A DNA stretch of 64,000 nucleotides from Lepidodermella squamata (lineage: Eukaryota > Animalia > Gastrotricha). Both the position numbers and the translations under genes were made by a program. This document shows, piece by piece, positions 36,601 to 48,353 of this stretch. How positions within the stretch are numbered: position 1 is the stretch's first letter; each line of letters starts with the position of its first letter. The notes below the pieces were generated by a model. The model was not told the DNA's origin, did no database searches, and saw only the letters and a program-made list of their open reading frames with translations. The stretch is taken from the NCBI GenBank assembly GCA_047495785.1, contig JBLDXI010000001.1, forward strand, positions 4,898,001 through 4,962,000, read 5' to 3'.

Positions 36601-37543
36601 TTTCTAGCTAAACGCCAACTTCATTTTGGTATGAAAAATTGAAGTTGCCGCCCAGGTCCAGAGAGGTGATTTTAGAGTTTTCAGGGTTCGATGCCAAAAA
36701 TCAGCAGTCAATAATGGAACCGAATGCGGGGAAAACAAAATCGATATCCTTATTCTACAGGAGCCAAAGGATATTATTTAGATATTTTTCCACAAATTTA
36801 GGAAGTCAACCGCAGGTAGGTAGAAAAAAAGTTGTCAAACTTATACCTTTCAGAATTGTACCCCTCCCCGGTATCCAGTTTTCAATGTGAAAAAGGACTT
36901 TTCGGATTTTGTTTTTTTTTGACCAATAAGTTTCGTAACTTGGCTGTCTGCGAAAAATAATTTCAACTTATTAACTACCCCCCTCCATATTGAACAAAAA
37001 AGCTAAGCCTTATCAGCTACACAGATTTTTAAGAATTTTCCAAAGTGGTAGCACACCCGCGTGTTTCCGGGCTAAAAAAGGTCAATTTCAAGCAAGTATC
37101 GTGAATTTACATATAAAAGTATGCGAAATGCGACTGACCGAGCACTTGAAGCGAAGTGAAAGACTCTTGACCGTGTCGTCCGGCTGCAGTTTGTGCTCGA
37201 CGAAGAACTTGGTGGCGACGGCGGCGGCGGAGGGCGCCTGCGCCGAGAAGGCCGAGTACGCCGCTTCATTGAAGCCCGAGCCGCCGGTGACGGTGGGCGA
37301 CGAGCGGCGTTTCAGCGTCGACCGCGACAGCAGCTCGATTTCCTCGCCTTCGTAAACCGTCGACGCGCCGCGACCGCCGTCGCCGTCGTCTTCATCGCTG
37401 CCTGCCGATTTGTGGATGAGCGGGCGGAATTCGATGCGTTTATTACTGTTTGAGGTGGAGCCGCCGGTTAGCGAGCCGGGCCGCGACGACCGCTTGCCGC
37501 CGCTGCTTTTCAGGATCGAGTAGGACGACGCCGAACCGCTCAT
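33688..37543 (-). CDS. LYSMD3: LysM-domain membrane protein, LYSMD3/4-like (exons ~37543-37139, 34887-34705, 34116-33688; start uncertain)
   Basis: EHKLQPDDTVKSLSLRFKCS|VADLKKLNGLTADQDLFALKTVKIPV (LysM) and a C-terminal TM segment LTICLYVAGFVFVFCLLPLIIYLHW. Confidence 0.8.
35000..36871. mobile_element. TA-flanked inverted-repeat element (Tc1/mariner-like ends) inside a LYSMD intron
   Basis: TA|CCAGGGAACGGTACAATTTTGA ... TCAGAATTGTACCCCTCCCCGG|TA. Confidence 0.55.
35347..36180 (+). pseudogene. Crinkler/RHS-type P-loop protein with TDP-43-NTD-like header, spliced, frameshifted near the start and truncated
   Basis: Exons ~35347-35443, 35500-35664, 35725-~36180: LHLNEHGDVVLADLQ|LLYPEATHLEF...VLRKPDDGW...|...LYIRSSY...YAIVTGTPGIGKSMFVYYLIW...WCIID. 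Confidence 0.7.
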
Positions 37544-38436
37544 CGGTTCATTTCTCGCCAGGCTCGATGCGGGGCAATTACGTGAAAAAAACACGAAAAA
37601 AATCAAATAAAAACCTATTGAAAAATCGCAAAAACGTATGAATTATAAACGAGAAAATACTAAATGCAAACGTTGAAGCTTCTACCTCGATTTCATCATT
37701 CATAATTCGATGAAAAAACTTCGAAAAATTGCGTACTATTTTCATTGTAAATTAGTAGCTCGGAAAGCCAAATTATGGGAAGCTGAGTCTTGATACTGAA
37801 ATATAGCCGATTATTATTCTCATTATTCTCAATAATCCTACATTTAGGGTGTGCAATCGGTCAACCTCAATGATTGACAATGAGCTCCTAGAAATGTTCC
37901 GAATAATTCCAAAACTTCAACTCAATTTAATAATCAAGATTCTTATCTCAGAATCGGGTTCAAACGCAAAACCCCGAACAATGGATTCAGCATTCAAATA
38001 AAGTTATACCGAAAATAGACATTCAGCGAAAATCGAGAGGTGCATTCAATTTTGTAAACAGGTTCAGAGCGATGAGTCGAATTTTGAATTAATGGCCGTC
38101 AACTTTGACGCTCACTTTGACGATTTTCTCAACACTTCAAAGTTAATTCCAAATTAGTCCTTATTCAATTAAAAAAAAATTCCATAAATTCCAATAAAAT
38201 GTTTCTACTTTTCGCTCAAAATAAACTATTTAGATGAAGTAGCAAGTTATAACTGAAATAGCTCGCAATTACAACATTTAAAGTCGAAAGTTCTGCAAAC
38301 AATATTCCAAGCTTGTGCATTCTTTTTATTCGCGAGGTTCGAAATGAAATGATGACTACTTGATGACAATTTAACAGAGCCGACTATTACGAGTGGTTGC
38401 GCTGTCGCGTATAAGAACAGCAGTTGCAGCAGTGTA

Positions 38437-39330
38437 TCAGCCCCACCAGGCGCGCGTGATGCCGGACATTTTGTTGTAGTCGGCCTGCTGGCGGAAGACA
38501 ATGCGGCTGATGCGCCAGTCGTGGCACAGACCGCGCGCTCGCGACGTCACCACGCACCGCGTGTGCGCCCTGATGAAGTACGCGTCCAGTGGCAGTTGCT
38601 TCATCGCCTCCTTCGCCATGTTCTAAATACACAACAAATTTGGGCACGATGATAACATACGCAATGACAAAAGGCAAGAACAAAAAATAATACTCGAGGT
38701 CATACTGAAAGCATGTGTATGTGCGAAAAACAACACTCCATTTTCAGCATTTTCATCATGATTCTGGCGTTGTTTGCCCAATGACAAGCAATGTTTTTAT
38801 ATTTCTCATCGTCCGCAGGTGAAACTTTGAAAAACCCACAAAAATCAGCCAATAATGAGAAAATTCAGAGAAAATATTCTGAATATTCAACTCGAAAACG
38901 GCGTAAACGGAATTTAGCCATTTTCATGATTTTTGAAGTTTTCATGATTTTTGAAAAATCATGAAAAATTCGGCCAAAAATCTTCAACCGGCTATCGAAT
39001 CCGTATCGCCCAAATTTATTCAAGTTTTTACACTTCGTATTATTTTTTGGAATTTTTTCAATTCAATACAAGATTAAAAACTAGCTTCAGCAGTTCTCAA
39101 GTCAATCAAGTCAAAAAGTGAAAAACTCCACCCACCTGAACCTCTGCGGGTAGCACGTCGTTGTTGGTGATGGCTTCGAGATTTTCCCTGACCGGGCCGT
39201 GTTCCTTGAGCGTGGCTCGCCGCCTCGCGTCCCGCTTCATTCGCCAGTCGACGTACCGAAATCGCCGCTGTTCGACTACGAGCGCCGAATTGTTGGCTCC
39301 ACGGCGTAAAAACGACAACAATAAGCTCAT
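38437..39330 (-). CDS. MRPS14: Mitochondrial ribosomal protein S14 (exons 39330-39136, 38622-38437)
   Basis: YVDWRMKRDARRR...; RCVVTSRARG...WRISRIVFRQQADYNKMSGITRAWW. Confidence 0.93.
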
Positions 39331-39699
39331 TCTATAGCGCAAAAATCAGCCGGATAAACTATGTTTTCTTTCAAAAATCATATTATCATTTCTTCTGCGT
39401 TATCGTATAACAAGAGAAAAAGAGCACAAATCAATAACGAAAGGCATAGAAGGACACATCATTTGAGCTAGGTTCACTCGGCAGATCGAAAGTTCTCGTT
39501 GCTTTCTGAATAGAAGTTGCAAAATTTGGCAAAAGCGTAGTATAAGATCGTGAAATTTATATTCGAAGTGAAAAATGAAATACCAGTACAGTTGACTAAA
39601 ATTGAGCCGTGCGGCAAAAAAGTTCGGAAAAAATTGATCGAAAATTGCAAAGAGATTCGACTTTTTCGAACTTTTTAAGCGCCATATATATTCGCCGCT

Positions 39700-42600
39700 T
39701 TATTTGCTGGGACAGTTTTTGCGATTGTGACCCGGCTGGCCGCATTGGCCGCATTTGCGCTGCTTCGGCCCGGTCGGCGAGTCGCAACCGCCCCCGTCAT
39801 CGAAATCACCCCCGCCAAACGACCGTTTCGCACCTCGACCCCGCCCAGCACCACCACCGGCTCCACCTCCGCCGCCGCCGCCACCCCGATGCCCGCCCCG
39901 ACTTCCCGCCGCGTGGCCCCCGCCCAGGAATCCGAGTTGGGTGACCGGGTACTGGGGCGACTTCGCCCTGCCGCGACCACCACCCGAATACGAAGACCCG
40001 CCGCCCCTGGTGCCTCCAGACTGGTACCCGCCCCGGTAACTGGACCCGCCAAACCCACCTGACCCACCGGCGGCATTACTGCTGCCCCCAGCATCACCAT
40101 CGCCATCGGCCCACCCGTTCCACTTGCCGCAACCGCCCTCGCCCGGCTTGCGGCACGACCAGAACGCTTTGCCCGCATTTTGGCCGTTTTTACACGTCAG
40201 CTTACTGCACGGCTGTCCGCAGTCGGCGCACTTCTTCTGCTGGGAGTTGCCCTGCCGCTGGGTCTGCTGGTCACCCCCGCCGCCGCCGCCGTCTTCGTCC
40301 CACAGGAAAAAGTCGCACAGGTTACCGCCGCATTTGTAGAACTGGCGGCCCTGGTTCGGACCTTCCTTGCGGACGGTCAGTTTCGACGCCGGTTTTTGGC
40401 ACGTGCACAGTACCGAATTCGGGCTGCCGGGCTGGAACTGATCAGCGTTGTTGTTGTTGTTATTATTGTAGTTGTTGTTGCTGTTAGGAGGTCGGTTGAA
40501 ATTCGAGTTGTTCGCTATCGCAAAATTGTTCTGTGGTTGTTGTTGGCTGACAACTGCTGGTATTAGTGCGTTGTTTGCTGGTTGGCGCTGTTGCAACGCT
40601 GTGCTTTGATTGTTCATCGAGTTCGCAGGCCGTGATGAAGTTGAGGCTAACGAGCGGATGCCGAGCAGCTCGTAGAAGGCCGGCTCGCAGCCGCCTAAAC
40701 AGCACCGGCGTTGCTGCTCCAGTCCGGCTGGTGTTTCTTCGCGCTTGAACTGCATCTCGACGAGATGAGGGTGCGACGAACACTAAGAGGGGTAGTAACA
40801 ATCACAATAACAGTGAGCGTTAATCACATTTGGGAAATAGTAATCAAAGGCTATATGATCGAATATGATCGAAAAAACACCAAAAGCGGCGAAACTGAGA
40901 GATGACTTCAACAGCTACAATACTTATTTGCGAAACGCCTAGAAATTGCTTATCTCACATCATCTCTTCACCTCTCTTCACTAAAATCGATAATGATTGG
41001 CACTTATTTTTCATCGCAAGAATAACCTGATTTTTTCTCTATTTCAAAGTGTGTTATCTGCTTCTTTCTTTCGGGCTACGACAAACGATTTTGCGACAGA
41101 ATTGAGCTAGCTTTCGAAATTGCTTTCGAAGCGCCGCGTCTCGAATAGTCCGACAACATGATCGTTGGTCGGTGCGTCGAACGAGAAGCCTAAGCGATCA
41201 CCGCCCAAGTCAACTCGGACCACGCCATCATGCCAAAACCACCTAGGCGAAAAATGTATCGCCATATCGCAAGAATTACTATTGGAGGCCGGGTGAACTA
41301 TTGGTCGAAGCTATGTGGCCGATTTGTAGCTACGAAGTTAGTACAAGTGAGACGTGTGAAATGAGACCGTTGATGGTAATAACATCAACTGAACGCCCCA
41401 GCCGATCATTTGCTGGCGGATTCCTATCGATCAACTCGATATGGCTTCCAATTTATATGCCTTTTCTGCTGCTAATTTGTGGCGACGTAAGTAACAATAC
41501 TTATCAATTTTTCTTGTTTAACTTTTTGACTAACTTCGTCAATTTTTCAGATCGAATCCAATCCGGGGCCTTATGGAGAATCAAACGGTCAATCAGACAG
41601 ATCAGCGTTACGAAAACCACCTGTTTGGTTTGGGGAACTCAAAAATCGGATCGAAACTACTAATACAAGTAAGTCAATTCAAATTTGCTAATGCTTAAAG
41701 GTGGACCCTTTTCTATTTTGTTAACGCGATGGATTGGTAGAATCGCCGCGGGGCCAAGGGGGAACTCGATCCTTGTTCCGTCACTAGGACTTGAACCCAG
41801 TCCCGATAGCATTATAAATATACAGTAGCCCAACGACCCAACTGTCTTTGACGTTTAATACGAATCGCTAATTCTCAAATTTTCAAATAAGGTGTCGCTC
41901 CTCGCCAAGTTTTGGAGGTGTAAATATGAATAATGCGATGAGCAAATTTTTCCTGACGAAGATCAACTAACACCAATAAATATTGCGAAAATCATCGCAT
42001 TGAAGAAGGCACTACATCGACCTATGATCTGGCCGCCAGAGTAAAGGTATAGACTAAAGTTGCTAAATCCATTAAAAGACTGCAACATGGATAACCAAAA
42101 TGCAATTAGTTTTACTATGTATCCACTTCATTTCCAACTTATTACTATATATTACCATTACTAAGACGATACGATTTATTTGAGAAATTTTCGAAAACTT
42201 ACAGTTTGACAGGTCTGCGGCAGGAGGGTGACTTTTTGCACGCTGTCGGGCAGGAAGATGGACAGCTTGCAGTTGGGATAGCCCATGCAGCCGAAGAACA
42301 GGCCGCCGTTCTTGGTCGTGCGCAACGTCACGTCGCCCTTGCACGCCGGGCAGTTGCCCAGCTTCGTCGAGCTCTGGTCGAGCAGGAAGCCCAAATCGCC
42401 GCCTGGGCCCGCACCCGGACCAGGTCCTCCGGGTCCTCCTCCTCCGCCGCCGCCGCCACCGTCGTCAGGGTTATCAGCGCCCCAATCGACCTCGTTCTCA
42501 TCGCCATTGCCGTTGTTGGGCATGCCACCTATTAGGAAAATGAGCTATTTATTCTCTACTACGAAAAAATTAAAATCCCAAATTGTCATAAACTGGGAGC

Positions 42601-45600
42601 CGACGGAAAGACGACGAATTACAGGTAACAAGTAATGGCTTTCTAATCACGACTTCCAAACGGTCTTACAGTGACCGATCTTTTAAACATGTTTGTATCT
42701 GTAACGTGACATGGCTGATTTTCTAGTAGCCAATTTGGAGGTAAGGGAAATGATTTGCTCAGAAAACCAACATTTCATCATTTTCTACCTCCTGATTTTG
42801 ATACATAATAGGTTTTATTCCCTCCCCCATCAAAAAAATCTAGGTGAAAATGGCATGTTAAGAGTCAGATTGCGACTCGTTCTACGAACGTTAGAGTTCA
42901 TGATTTTATGCGGTTAATTAAATTTCAAGCAATAATTTCGAAAAATCAGGGTAAGCTTCGAGTTTTCAGATTTTCAAACATGGAAAAACTGTCTTGATCC
43001 AAACAGCCGTTGCGGTATCATATAACATACTTGTAAAGTAAAGGGTGAAATTACCTAACAAATACCGCCCAACACTTTCGTCGAGTTTTTTGTAATTTTC
43101 GGCAGCTAACCGGAAAATCTCCTGGTACTTGGCGATGTAAGTCGCCAGCACATCGGCCGCCTGGGCGGTTCCGTCGCAGATGCGCTGCAAATCGGCCTCG
43201 AACTCGGCTCTCAGATTCGGCTTCGACATCTGGAAACCCATCGAGTCGTAGCCCTCGACGAGGCCCATGCCGAGATGCCCGGGCGTGAAACGCTTCTCAT
43301 TCGTCACGCCCACGTAGAACCGCTGTTGAATCTTGTCGATGTGCTCCGCATGCGTCGCATCAGTCCCGATGCCGTGTTTCTCCATCAGCGCGATCAGATC
43401 GGCTTCGGTTAGCAGCGGCGGGGGTGCTGTTTGACCGCCTTGAATCTTAAAAAATATATCGAATAATTTTGAAATCCGAGAACAATCGAAATCTCGAAAT
43501 TCTCTTTTCGACAATTTTCACCTCGCTGTTCTTATTTTTACTCAAAATTTCCGTCAAATTTTGCAAGAAAACTTACATCGAGAAAAGTAGGCTCGAAGAC
43601 TTGGCCCTGCTGGTACTCGGGGATGGTGCGCTCGCTCCAGCGGTCGTACGGGTACACCTCGAGGTAGTTGAGCGCGAGGACGGTGAGGCCACTGGCGGTG
43701 AACGCCTCGCCGGCCATCTCCGCCTCGACGACGTACTCCTTGCCCTCGGCGTCGGCCGAGCAGCACGCGAGGAAGTGCCGCGTGATCAGCTCGTAAAGCC
43801 GCCACTCGTCGTTGCTCGCCAGCTCGTTCTGCCGCACGCACTTGGTCGGGTGGATCGGCGGATGCGCGTTATCCGTCTTCTTGCCATTCCGCGGCCTCGC
43901 ACCGCCCTGGTCAGAGCAGAGCAACAATGAGTTCAAGGTCTAAATCTTTTCAAGATATTTCACGCCTCCCTGAATTATTTAAATTCTCAACATTATAATA
44001 CTTCTGGTGAAGCTTCCGACAATATCGAAAACACAATTTCAAGTTTCATCAATCAAACATAATTAATAAAACATTAAAACAATCAACCAGGAGTTCAGGG
44101 TCTAAATCTTTTCAAGATAAGTACAACTCATTACATATTTGAAGTTCTCAGAACCGAATATTTCTGGTGCCGCTGCCGACAAGATTGGAATCACAATTTC
44201 AAAAATTTCAGATATCAGTTTCTCATTTCGACTATTTTCCTGTTAAAGCCTTCAAAATGGTTGAACCATCAAACTTCGAAAACCCGATCAAACAAGAACA
44301 CTCCTCTTCGTTTTTCCGACTTTATCTTCAAATTATGGCTCAAGTTAGGACATGGAAATTGGGAAATTTGGAGTTGAAGGCAAATTTAATGAACTAATTG
44401 AATAGAATAGATTGTCGAATTCAACAGCTAGACAAATAATTGCTGATAATGACTTTTCTAATGAGAATGAGCTCATGAAGATCACCAACCTGTTGCAGTA
44501 TGCCGGCGGCGAAATTGCCCCACGCCTCGTGATTCGTGTGCTGTTCGATGAGCGCGTCCAGTTTGAGCTCGCGCGGGAAAATGTTCGTCTCTGTACGCGG
44601 GTAAGATATGATACCGCGAGTGTACAGCGCTTCGGCGAGCGTCATCGCAGTTTTCGCCGTCATGCGCAACTTACGCACGGCCAGTTTTTCCATTTCGACA
44701 GTATCGAGTGCCTGCGGACGCCATTTCTGCTTCGGCTTGCTTTGCACAGATGTCACCTACATATCAAAACTAGTTTTATATCAGTCCGAAACAATTCAGT
44801 AAAATCATTGAGCAAAAGCCATGAACCGGACATATCAAGCCTTAATTTGTCAATTTAAAATTCAAAAGCAATAATGTGAGTTCAACATTTCCAGTGAAAC
44901 CAAATTATTCATTCGAACTAAAAATGGGAAATTATCACCGAACTTCTACAACTTTAAAAAATCTCATGAAAAATCCGCCATCCTCCACTGATTCGTCCAA
45001 AAATTCTTGTGTTAACTTAGTTATTTCATTTCTAAAATCAATCGTGATTGTGGATGTGAAAATTGAAGAAAAATTACCGTAGCTCGGCCGCAGGCCTGCA
45101 ATATGTCGAGAATAATTCGCACAATTTGCTCGTCAAAAATTCGCACTCGCCCCCAGTTGAAATCGGCAACCTCGTTTCTAACCGAATGTGTCACTAATAA
45201 AATCGAAAATTTATCAAAATGTTCAATCAACTGAAAATCTTAACGAACTTTTAATTTTCCAGAAATCTTCGACAACAAAATCTTGAATTTGTTTATAGCG
45301 ATCAACAACAAAACCGAGCGTCGGAAATTGACAACTGCCGTAACTTATCACTCGGCCTTCCAAAAACTGATTGTACAATTTTCGCAGCCGAAGAGTCTGA
45401 AATCGCGTAAAAGCGGCACCTAATCACCCTAGTTGCAAATATTTCTTCTCGAAATTGAAAAAATATCATTACCAGTTCGCAGATCGAGCTCGGATCTCAC
45501 ATCCACAGCTTGACTCATGCGTAAATCAGGCCGAATCAGGTTGTTGACGGCTCGCCATATCGCGCTATATAATGTAAATTTTTGCAACAGTTTAGGGACA

Positions 45601-46068
45601 CTGGCTTATAACATACGGAGCTGTCATTTCGGAGAATTTAGCTCGCCATACGTCGAGACGAGGATTTACAGTTTTGCATAAATCGATAATTTCATAGCCA
45701 ATATTTTCTCCCTCACGATCGCAATCGGTCCAAATAACGAGTTTTTGACACGATCTCGCCAGTTGAAGAAGGGTACTTTCAATGTCTTTCATATTGCTGG
45801 AGACCTGTTTGACAACAGGCGCTTCGAACAGCGCCAACAACGGCACAGTCTGCCAGTTTTTGTACTGAGGTGGGTACTCGGTTGACATTAAATGTCCTGA
45901 TACGGATGTCATGATCATCTGGCACTGTTGGCCCTGCAGTTGACACGGAAATTCATAGATTTTGTTGTACTTGGACTTTCCCTCGCGCCGCTGACACTGC
46001 CCTTTGCCTAGAATTGAAGCGATTGTGCTAGCGGCTGCGTTTTTCTCGGCGACGTTTAAAACACGCAT
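39700..46068 (-). CDS. TOP3A: DNA topoisomerase III alpha, multi-exon
   Basis: MRVLNVAEK, WTDCDREGENIG, SYGSCQFPTLGFVV, ISYPRTET (catalytic Tyr), GIGTDATH; C4 zinc finger, two GRF zinc fingers, RGG tract and terminal CCHC knuckle. Confidence 0.95.
41313..41668 (+). CDS. Putative spliced ORF containing a 2A/StopGo-like motif (exons ~41313-41486, 41551-41668; ends uncertain)
   Basis: ...FLLLICGD|GTAAGT..TGACTAAC..TTTTTCAG|IESNPGPYGESNGQ...; the 64-nt phase-0 intron has an ideal donor, branch point and acceptor. Confidence 0.6.
41778..41853 (-). other. Degenerate tRNA-like element (possible SINE head or pseudo-tRNA)
   Basis: Reverse complement CGTCA...CTGGGTTCAAGTCCTAG TGACG shows a T-arm/B-box and partial acceptor pairing; D and anticodon arms are poor. 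Confidence 0.35.
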
Positions 46069-46619
46069 CGTTTCAGATGATAGGCGCCGTACTAGCAGAC
46101 GAAAAATAACTGTCATAAACTGCTCTCAATAGATCAGGGGAAATTTTATGTCACATTTGATTAACAGACACTAAAAATAACATAAATAAAAGTGGTCAAG
46201 TTGGGTACGTCACAAACTGATGCCCAAGCATATCGTCGGGCAACTGGCGATTAAGCTTATAAATCCATCCATCCATCCGTGGTGCATCAGAACTCACTAG
46301 ATAGGTAATCGCTAGCCACTTGCTGTTTAGATATCTGAGAATCGCTACTTATATTATTCAACCGAAACCGAAGCATTACACATGCAACCGCCAATCGCAC
46401 TTTATTAAAATAAGCATATGGGCTGCGAGTGATAGAAAAACTGAAAGTTATCCCGCCTCGCATCACAAGCCCATAGTATTGAATGCAAAAATCGCTCGGT
46501 TTATTCCGGTTGGCAAAATCTGTATTCGATGCACGAGTGCGATCTGCGAGCGACCGAGGTGAGGTATTGGGGCGAGTCCGTATGTGTGCGTGATCCGGTG
46601 AATGCTTGCCCGCAGTTCA

Positions 46620-48200
46620 CGTTCCCAGGTCATGATCTAAAAACACTGTCATAAATTTCACGCGTGACGGTATTAAATTGGTGGCGCAAGAAAGTGATCA
46701 CGCGTGACGGAATTACAATAACGCGTGACGGATTTACCAAGTGAGCACCAATAAACCCAACAAATGGATCACGCGTGACGGAGTTTCCAGGTTGGTTGGA
46801 CAAACGTCTAAAATTTGAATTGCCGCCTTGTGATCTTCAAAATCAAAATTAACAAAGAAACAAGTGGAAAGCAGAGTAAAGTTTCAATTTAATGTTAGAA
46901 AATCGCAATAAACACGCCGAAAAATTTCAGTAGCCCAAATTTTTTTCGCCCGCAGAGAAAAATCTGCTAAGTCCGCTAATCTGAACGATGACTTGAATAT
47001 GGAGAAGTCTGAGATTCAGAGGTCCAAGGAGATCTCAACAAAAAGAAAGTAAGTTTTACCCTTACGCTTGATTCGCTTGATCCTAAACACACACTCATAT
47101 ACGCACTGAGCTTCCTAGCGGATGTGAGAATTGAGGCTTGTTACTGAATTTTCAATGTCGTTTTAGGTAGAAAGATGGAAATGTGAACACTTCTGTTCAA
47201 TTCGACAGAGTTGGGAAAATTGTCAGTGGATAAAGTCACTACGTGGTTTGAACGAGTAGTACTTCTATAAACAGCGAGCTATTCAGCCGTTTAGATGAAA
47301 CATCGACTGGTCTTCGGCATAGAAGAGACTGATATGTAAGCTTTCTGTCATATGATGAAGGGAACTGAAAGATTAATCTTGTTTCCTGTTTACAGAATGT
47401 GCACCGACGAATGTTACACAACGGCTTCAAATGGCGTAAGGCGCGGTTTCAGTCACACAAACAGATGGTTAACTTTGGGCCGCCTACACGCAAGATCTTC
47501 GCGCAATCTAACAAACTGCACGGGATTATGCACGTCTCAAGGAGAAGAGAAGCGAGCGAATGTACACAGTTCGAAGTTCGACAAGCAAATGGCAATTGCA
47601 GCAACGCCAGCAAAACACAAGGAAGCTAGTTCCTGAACTATTTTGAACATTTGATTCTTTGTGAAGCGAGATGATTGCGATAATGACGAGTGTGGTAGTG
47701 CTTATTGAGCTTATTATTGATTGGAATTCGTTAATTCGTTGATCGTAAATGAAGACAATAAATGAGAATATTTGAAATCTTCCGCATTTTGGCACTGAAT
47801 CAAAAATAGAATGGGACAGAAGGTAAGCAGCAGATAGAGGATCATCACGTGATTTGGGTCTAAATAAAGCTATATTTAGAAATGCTGGGCCGGTAGGAAT
47901 AATTCCGTCACGCGTGATACGCTGCCGAAAAGGGATTACGCGTGACCGATTAAAAAGTGTGTCACGCGTGATATATGGCCTGAATGGTGTCGGCCAGAAA
48001 TGTACATCACGCGTGATCCAAAAACTGCGTCACGCGTGATCCAAAAACTGCATCACGCGTGATAAAAGCTTCCTCATTCACGCGTGATATCTTTTCCAGC
48101 GAAGAAAGTCGGTAACGCGTGATATTGGCCTCAGTGAACCAAGCAAAAAAGTTGAGCTCATAGCGCGCCAATTTTCCAGCGTCAAGGATGCCTGGAAACC
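46620..48200. mobile_element. Probable non-autonomous DNA transposon with inverted arrays of TCACGCGTGA subterminal motifs
   Basis: 4 ACGCGTGACGG motifs at 46658-46781; ~9 (CCG)TCACGCGTGAT-type motifs at 47843-48123 in the opposite orientation; exact ends unclear. Confidence 0.55.
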
Positions 48201-48353
48201 CTAAATTTAAGGTTAAAAATTTTAAAAATATTACTCTTCAAAACTTTTCATAATATGTATTACAATTTAATAAGCAATATCTTTCCGTGTGCGTATCGAT
48301 TTTCGAATTCTAAGGTTTTTAACTGATATTTACTCGATCATTCACTCAATCAA

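Noticed and set aside
43930-44200. Degenerate ~160-bp tandem duplication in a TOP3A intron
   Set aside because: Ordinary local duplication with no coding or structural signal
46658-48123. CRISPR-like repeat array
   Set aside because: Repeats are only ~10-14 bp, irregularly spaced and inverted between the groups; eukaryotic context with no cas genes
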